UHGV virus genome: UHGV-1359164
Strand: one strand, 5' to 3'
Source of the DNA: a virus
DNA: 41,765 nt
The first letter of the stretch is position 1. Each line of letters opens with the position of its first letter. This document shows positions 36,957 to 41,765 of the stretch, one piece after another. The notes beneath the pieces are model-generated. The model was not told where the DNA came from. It was given only the letters and a program-made list of their open reading frames with translations, and searched no databases. Position numbers and translations under genes: made by a program.

Positions 36957-37271
36957 ATGGATATTTCTAACAACCAAATTAAATTATTAAGACGTTTATA
37001 TAACACCGATATACCATTGTCTGAATTTTCTGAAGCTGACAAAGAAAACATCAGTTATTTAGGAAAATACGGCCTTATAAAATATTGCGCAGAGGATATC
37101 GATGTAATACATCCGCCTACAATTGTTTGCATTCAACCGTCTGGCCAGGCTGAATATGACACTTACATCAGAGACCGTAGACGTTGGTACATCCCTGTCG
37201 TGCTTTCATTTTTCTCACTTGCCTTTCTCACAACCTTCCTGTTGTTCTTCGTGAATCCTCGAATGCTTTAA
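36957..37271 (+). CDS. Hypothetical protein with C-terminal TM anchor (lysogeny-region moron)
   Basis: AAAGGAG RBS; 'WYIPVVLSFFSLAFLTTFLLFFV'. Confidence 0.45.
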   Translation: MDISNNQIKLLRRLYNTDIPLSEFSEADKENISYLGKYGLIKYCAEDIDVIHPPTIVCIQPSGQAEYDTYIRDRRRWYIPVVLSFFSLAFLTTFLLFFVNPRML

Positions 37272-37620
37272 GATCATCCTCGGAAATCCGATATTCTTTA
37301 CCAATGCGGATCGCTGGGAGTTTCTTCTTTCTGATCCACTCCCATACTGAAACCTCGACAGTCAATACAGGTCAAAGGCGGCGCTGAATGTTTTGCCAGC
37401 GATTAGGCATATTGCAGAACCAAAACTGCGAAAGTGGCAAAGTGCTTCAAGAAACGCTTGGTGCGTTCAGGTGTGGTGAAAACCTGCAAAGTACATAGAG
37501 TAAACAAATTTGGCAAGATACTGATGGGAAACGCACTCCTGTCAGTATTTTGGCTTACCTCCATATCTTGAACGGATAATCCGTGCCGTATCCTGATAAA
37601 TAATAGAAAGGAATGTTTCA

Positions 37621-37836
37621 ATGAATATCGCACAAGAAAACGTCTTAAAAAAACTTGTATCAAGCTTTAACGAAACAGGTGTTAATTCGTTTGACACAAC
37701 ATCGTTTACTGCACTTGAAAACGCATGCCTTAAAGAACTCCAAAAAATGGGATATATAGTGATTAGTCAAGATATATTACAAACAGTTTCTTTATCTGAC
37801 AAATTACTATCATTAATTTCTAAGGCTAATGAATAA
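37621..37836 (+). CDS. Hypothetical small protein
   Basis: ORF with AAAGGAA RBS. Confidence 0.35.
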   Translation: MNIAQENVLKKLVSSFNETGVNSFDTTSFTALENACLKELQKMGYIVISQDILQTVSLSDKLLSLISKANE

Positions 37837-38095
37837 TCTCATTGAAATGAGCACGGCTTTCTTTGTATGGTGCAAGGATTGACTGTGCTTTTTTAATATC
37901 TTCTTCGTTGATATCGCACAGGATATCTAAAAGTCGCATATTATCAATTTTCATTTCTACAAAGCTATCAATACCGTCAGCGGAATATGATATTTTTGTC
38001 AGTGCTTTGCTGATATCAATTCCAAGGAATTTAACCCTTGTTGGCTTCCCAGCACTTTCAATGGTAATAACTGGTTGCTTATTCACTTTCTTCAC
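37826..38095 (-). CDS. Hypothetical protein downstream of cro
   Basis: GGGGAGG RBS; GTG start. Confidence 0.35.
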   Translation of the reverse strand: MKKVNKQPVITIESAGKPTRVKFLGIDISKALTKISYSADGIDSFVEMKIDNMRLLDILCDINEEDIKKAQSILAPYKESRAHFNEIIH

Positions 38096-38292
38096 CTCCC
38101 CTTATCTCCTTCCAGCAGGGTCTCAATTCCGACACCGAAATATGTAGCGATTTTCTGGAGCTTGTCAATCTTCGGAACACTTCTCCCACTTTTCCAATCT
38201 GAAAAAGTAGATTTTGGGATTCCTGTATCAGATGCAACTCTGTAATCAGTGACGCCTAAAGAATCGCGGAGCTGCACATACTTTTTATACAA
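38092..38292 (-). CDS. Cro-like XRE-family HTH regulator
   Basis: 'GVTDYRVASDTGIPKSTFSDWKSGRSVPKIDKLQKIATYFGV' is paralogous to the cI HTH; divergent from cI. Confidence 0.7.
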   Translation of the reverse strand: MYKKYVQLRDSLGVTDYRVASDTGIPKSTFSDWKSGRSVPKIDKLQKIATYFGVGIETLLEGDKGR

Positions 38293-38329
38293 AATATCAC
38301 CTCTTTCCTTAACAGACTATTGCTTTTAG

Positions 38330-38382
38330 TTCGGAAATGTGATATAGTTCAATTGTCAGATTAAAAGATTCACATTTCCGAA
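38330..38382. promoter_or_regulatory. Operator: 13-bp inverted repeat 'TTCGGAAATGTGA' / 'TCACATTTCCGAA' with 27-bp spacer; additional 13-bp direct repeats 'GATTTCATAAATA' at 38454 and 38485
   Basis: Direct reading of the cI/cro intergenic region. Confidence 0.6.
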
Positions 38383-38515
38383 TCGATTATGAAAATCATA
38401 TTAATTCGTTTGTTATATTTATGATTTCCTAACCATGTGTAAACTATAGCACGGATTTCATAAATAGTCAAGCGTTTTAATTGTGATTTCATAAATATTT
38501 TTTAAGGAGTCCACT

Positions 38516-38899
38516 ATGTACGAAATATTTGCGAAATTACTGGAAGAACGTGGCGTTACAGCTTACAAAGTTTCAAAAGCAACTGGAATTGCTGGCTCTA
38601 CTTTTTCAGATTGGAAAAATGGAAGAAGCACTCCCAAGCAAGATAAGCTACAGAAAATTGCTGATTATTTCGGCGTGTCTGTTGACTTCTTAATAACAGG
38701 AAAGGAGAAAGTTGCCGTTGCACAGGAAGAGCACATTGATTTAAAAGCGGAATTTAACCGCATCAAGAAACTGTTGGAAAGCGGGGAAAACGCACCGTTG
38801 TACTTTGACGGGCAACCCGCAGATCAGGAGAGCATCAACTTGCTGCTCGATCAGATCAAGATATCCGTTGCGCTTATGGAACGTATGCGCAAAAAATAG
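38516..38899 (+). CDS. cI-like repressor (XRE HTH plus C-terminal dimerisation region)
   Basis: 'GVTAYKVSKATGIAGSTFSDWKNGRSTPKQDKLQKIADYFGV'; AAGGAG RBS. Confidence 0.8.
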   Translation: MYEIFAKLLEERGVTAYKVSKATGIAGSTFSDWKNGRSTPKQDKLQKIADYFGVSVDFLITGKEKVAVAQEEHIDLKAEFNRIKKLLESGENAPLYFDGQPADQESINLLLDQIKISVALMERMRKK

Positions 38900-38911
38900 G
38901 AGAGGTAGAAC

Positions 38912-39337
38912 ATGACAGATGCAAAAAGGACAGCCGTTGAGCTATCGAAGAAATACCACACAAATGAACCGTTCGAATTAGCCGAACAGTTGGGGGTATA
39001 TACACAGGTTGGACCTTTGGGGAAGATATTTGGATGCTGTTTAACCATAGCGGGGCAACGCTTTATATATATCAACAGCGATCTGGATAAACCTACACAG
39101 AAGATGGTAGCGGCTCATGAACTGGGCCACGCCGTGATGCACCGGGAAGACTACTTCTTTTTTAACTGGATGAACGATACGACATACCGGAGCCGGGCAG
39201 AAATCGAAGCGCATACTTTTGCTGCTGAGTTGCTGGTACCGGACAGCGTTGTGTTAGAGCATCCGGGATTTACATTGAATCAGCTATCCGCATTAACCGG
39301 ATACGCTGAGGAGTTCTTGAAATTCAAAAGGTTTTAA
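38912..39337 (+). CDS. ImmA/IrrE-family zinc metallopeptidase (anti-repressor protease)
   Basis: 'HELGHAVMH' HEXXH; immediately downstream of cI. Confidence 0.75.
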   Translation: MTDAKRTAVELSKKYHTNEPFELAEQLGVYTQVGPLGKIFGCCLTIAGQRFIYINSDLDKPTQKMVAAHELGHAVMHREDYFFFNWMNDTTYRSRAEIEAHTFAAELLVPDSVVLEHPGFTLNQLSALTGYAEEFLKFKRF

Positions 39338-39352
39338 GGGGGATGTTTGGGA

Positions 39353-39502
39353 TTGCACTACTTTTACGTGGGCCGTTATGGTAAAGGTATCCTTTTTATA
39401 TTTACTGCTGGGTTTTTCGGCATTGGATGGGTTTCAGACATATCAAAAATTTTGAAAGGGCGATTTGTCGATCAGTACGGTGCCCCGTTGATTGAGTGGT
39501 GA
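39353..39502 (+). CDS. TM2/NINE-like small membrane peptide (49 aa, TTG start; below track cutoff)
   Basis: Hand translation 'HYFYVGRYGKGILFIFTAGFFGIGWVSDISKILKGRF...'. Confidence 0.35.
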   Translation: MHYFYVGRYGKGILFIFTAGFFGIGWVSDISKILKGRFVDQYGAPLIEW

Positions 39503-39514
39503 TCTTATTTAGAA

Positions 39515-40180
39515 ATGATTGAGAAAGATGAAAAGCGAATTTTAGAACGCAAAGAGATTGAAAAGAATAGAGAAATTCAAGAAGAGAACAAAAGAAAATT
39601 AAATTATTCTTTTACCATAAAAGATATGGAACAATTTAGTGAAATACCCTTTGAATGGTGCTGGGTAGATACCCTATCATACTCCAACGGCATTGCTTGG
39701 TTTATGTTAAACAAGAATAATCAATATATTGCCTTATCTGTTTTGGATTTTATTAACCAGATTTTAGTCAAATCTAAAGCTTATACAGGATTCACAAAAA
39801 AAATGTATATTTGCACAGAAAACATAAATTTTGATTTTCCGGTTCCAATGCACAAGGATAGTCTTCCTTGGACATATGTGCAGTGTGTACCTTATACTCC
39901 AAAAATGAAACTATCAAAGTATCCGGCAGTTTTACATTTTTGCGAATACGCTACCAAAAAAGAATACTGTGGTTTTGAATCATATGTCTATTGTTCTCTT
40001 GGAGAGATATTTTTTATGCAGGATGGGAATATAGGGAAAGCCAATTTAGACATACAACCTTATAAAATCCAAATCAGGCTTCATGGATTAAATTTAATTG
40101 TTAAGAGAATTGACAAATTTACCTCAATGGGGAATATTAATATCTACAAATTTAATCCTAAGGAATATAATGCTTTTTGA
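39515..40180 (+). CDS. AT-rich hypothetical protein (221 aa) between ImmA and integrase; no recognisable domain
   Basis: Markedly lower GC than flanks by eye; K/E-rich N-terminus. Confidence 0.5.
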   Translation: MIEKDEKRILERKEIEKNREIQEENKRKLNYSFTIKDMEQFSEIPFEWCWVDTLSYSNGIAWFMLNKNNQYIALSVLDFINQILVKSKAYTGFTKKMYICTENINFDFPVPMHKDSLPWTYVQCVPYTPKMKLSKYPAVLHFCEYATKKEYCGFESYVYCSLGEIFFMQDGNIGKANLDIQPYKIQIRLHGLNLIVKRIDKFTSMGNINIYKFNPKEYNAF

Positions 40181-40352
40181 TTTTATTTAATTCTTCAGAT
40201 TGTTGAGCTAGATGAGCGCCAGATTCAAAAGCTTCTCTTACAGCAGCTTTCATCTGCCGCAGAGGAGAGGGGGCATTCTCAGGAGTGACGATGCTTTCCA
40301 GACGCTCAACACGATTTACTAAGTTATTCCATCGTTTTTTTGATATAAACAT
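40158..40352 (-). CDS. Small hypothetical protein convergent with the moron
   Basis: AAGGA RBS. Confidence 0.3.
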   Translation of the reverse strand: MFISKKRWNNLVNRVERLESIVTPENAPSPLRQMKAAVREAFESGAHLAQQSEELNKIKKHYIP

Positions 40353-40569
40353 AAAATACCATCCTTTTTATTTTATCATATCAGAAAAACCTATGGTTAT
40401 ATCACCAATATAAAAAACGCCCGGCGCTACCAACACCAGACGTTTTAGGAGTGTGATATTATCGCAAACCTACACCCGTATAATATCACATTTCCAGGCA
40501 GTCACGCAAGATAAAATATGTAAAAATCTGGTGGCTGTATTTTTTATACCCAAAAAGGAGTGTGCGACT

Positions 40570-41765
40570 ATGGCAAAAGCAAAAAAATTACCCTCAGGAT
40601 CATGGCGTGTACTAGTGTTTGACCACTACGAGCCTGTCTTAAATCCAGACGGAACACCCGTCATGCAAAACGGAAAACCAAAACAAAAAAGAATATATCA
40701 GTCCTTTACAGATGATGACCCGTCAATCAAAGGGCGCAAACGGGTCGAATTGGCAGCTGCACAATACATGGCAGAGAAAGATTCGCGTGAAGCGGAAAGG
40801 CGCAACCAAGAGGCGAATATGACGCTTAGAGGGGCGGCAGAAAAATATATAGATCTGTGCAGAACATTGAAAAGGTCTCCGTCCACCATAGAAGACTATG
40901 AGTGTATCATGCGGAACGGGTTCCAGGATCTTTTTAACATGCGCCTGTGTGACATATCGGAAGATCTACTGCAAAACGCCATAGCCAAAGAAGCACAGAG
41001 ACCTGTCAACGGAAAGCCGGGTAAGACCCTTACAGCAAAGCGGCTGAAAAATGAATGGGGGTTTGTATCCTCTGTGCTGCACAAATACACAAACATCCGC
41101 ACCGACAATCTGCAATTACCTACGCCAACGCAAAGAATGGTTGACCTGCCAGATGCAAAAACAGTAATGGATATAGTACGCGGCACCGAAATGGAGCTGC
41201 CGGTGCTGCTTGCAATGTGGCTGTCGTTCACAGCATCGGAGATCCGCGGTCTTACAAAATCCAAATCAATTAATGGTGATTACATAACAATAAAAGAGAC
41301 AGTCATTACCGTAAAAGGAAAAGCTGTAAGAAAAGAGACAGCGAAGAACAACACGAGAAAACGCAAACACAAAATACCGGCTTATATAAAAGGTCTGATC
41401 GACAAGGTTCCTGGCGATGTACTGGTGCCGATGACTGACGTTTCACTGCACCACCGCTGGAAACGCTTGCAAAAAAGCTACGGTATAAAAGACCCTATCA
41501 CGTTTCACGACCTCAGACATCTTAATGCCTCAGTAATGGCCCTGCTGCAGATACCAGACAAATACGCTCAGGAGCGCGGTGGCTGGAAGTCGGATGCTGT
41601 CATGAAAAAGGTCTACATGCAGACATTTTCGTCGGAGCGGCAAAAGGTTGATGATAAAATTGACAGCTACTTTGAGAGCATCGTGGGAACCGAAAAAAGC
41701 GAAAAAGAATCCATAAAAGAAGTTGTGAACCGGCTGAAAAAAGAAGATCCAGAGGGATGGAAAAA
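40570..41765 (+). CDS. int: Tyrosine integrase (phage integrase family), 3' end beyond the window
   Basis: Hand translation: '...ITFHDLRHLNASVMAL...RGGWKSDAVMKKVYMQ' (box II R/H...Y); AAAGGAG RBS. The minus-strand ORFs 40698..41264 are shadows. Confidence 0.85.
   Translation, partial: MAKAKKLPSGSWRVLVFDHYEPVLNPDGTPVMQNGKPKQKRIYQSFTDDDPSIKGRKRVELAAAQYMAEKDSREAERRNQEANMTLRGAAEKYIDLCRTLKRSPSTIEDYECIMRNGFQDLFNMRLCDISEDLLQNAIAKEAQRPVNGKPGKTLTAKRLKNEWGFVSSVLHKYTNIRTDNLQLPTPTQRMVDLPDAKTVMDIVRGTEMELPVLLAMWLSFTASEIRGLTKSKSINGDYITIKETVITVKGKAVRKETAKNNTRKRKHKIPAYIKGLIDKVPGDVLVPMTDVSLHHRWKRLQKSYGIKDPITFHDLRHLNASVMALLQIPDKYAQERGGWKSDAVMKKVYMQTFSSERQKVDDKIDSYFESIVGTEKSEKESIKEVVNRLKKEDPEGWK

Larger units (their letters stand above)
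76..41765. mobile_element. Temperate siphovirus-like prophage, near-complete; the integrase at the right end runs off the window and the left junction sits near 76-105
   Basis: Contiguous phage modules in order: lysis, tail, neck, head, packaging, replication/recombination, cI/Cro switch, integrase. A tRNA 3' fragment plus terminator lies at the left end. Confidence 0.85.

Noticed and set aside
37272-37620. ORFs 37184..37387(+) and 37403..37663(-) in the non-coding gap
   Set aside because: No RBS, implausible composition; the region looks intergenic.
40698-41264. Minus-strand ORFs of 63 and 122 aa
   Set aside because: Lie inside the integrase coding sequence on the opposite strand.
1-41765. 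CRISPR array, rRNA, transposase or IS element, reverse transcriptase (DGR)
   Set aside because: No spacer-repeat architecture, no rRNA-like conservation, no DDE/transposase or RT motifs in any frame read.

Overview
The window is almost entirely one temperate siphovirus-type prophage of a low-GC Gram-positive (Clostridia/Lachnospiraceae-like) host. All evidence is from reading the sequence and translations by eye; no searches were run, so family names are recollections of motifs, not hits. Most genes are on the minus strand, so transcription runs right to left.

Modules from left to right:
- Host junction (1-105): a tRNA 3'-end fragment plus terminator, likely the prophage attachment remnant.
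- Lysis (382-1818): M15 endolysin with wall-binding repeats, an XkdX-like peptide, an XkdW-like protein.
- Decayed tail-fibre tips (1735-2540), including an inverted knob remnant.
- Tail (2539-10953): receptor-binding protein, BppU-like protein, Tal with S74 chaperone, TMP, Gp15-type chaperones, major tail protein.
- Neck (10975-13923), carrying an AT-rich insertion: HEXXH protein, a duplicated gene, holin-like protein.
- Head (13939-15802): major capsid, scaffold.
- Insertion island between scaffold and MuF (15803-20165): three phage tRNAs (Gln, Thr, CAT) and eight compositionally odd genes. Products include a sigma region-4 fragment, YQP-repeat/Q-M-rich/Gly-Cys-rich membrane proteins, a spore-appendage-like jellyroll candidate, and a Cys/His enzyme-like protein.
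- Packaging (20170-24729): MuF minor capsid, portal, and a single ORF fusing TerS and TerL.
- Early region (24830-36734): degraded C5-methyltransferase, PAPS-reductase-like protein, YopX, ASCH-like protein, many small genes each preceded by a 'TTAAGATTT-GGAGG' motif, a truncated RecT, a resolvase, ERF plus Gp157, and a protein with a 13x27-bp hypervariable tandem repeat.
- Lysogeny (36735-41765): iteron/operator region, Cro/cI switch, ImmA peptidase, a TM2 peptide, an AT-rich 221-aa moron, and a tyrosine integrase truncated by the window end.

The strongest candidates for an undescribed system are the head-module island (tRNAs, sigma-r4 fragment, spore-surface-like proteins), the moron between ImmA and the integrase, and the repeat protein. 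No CRISPR array or rRNA was found.
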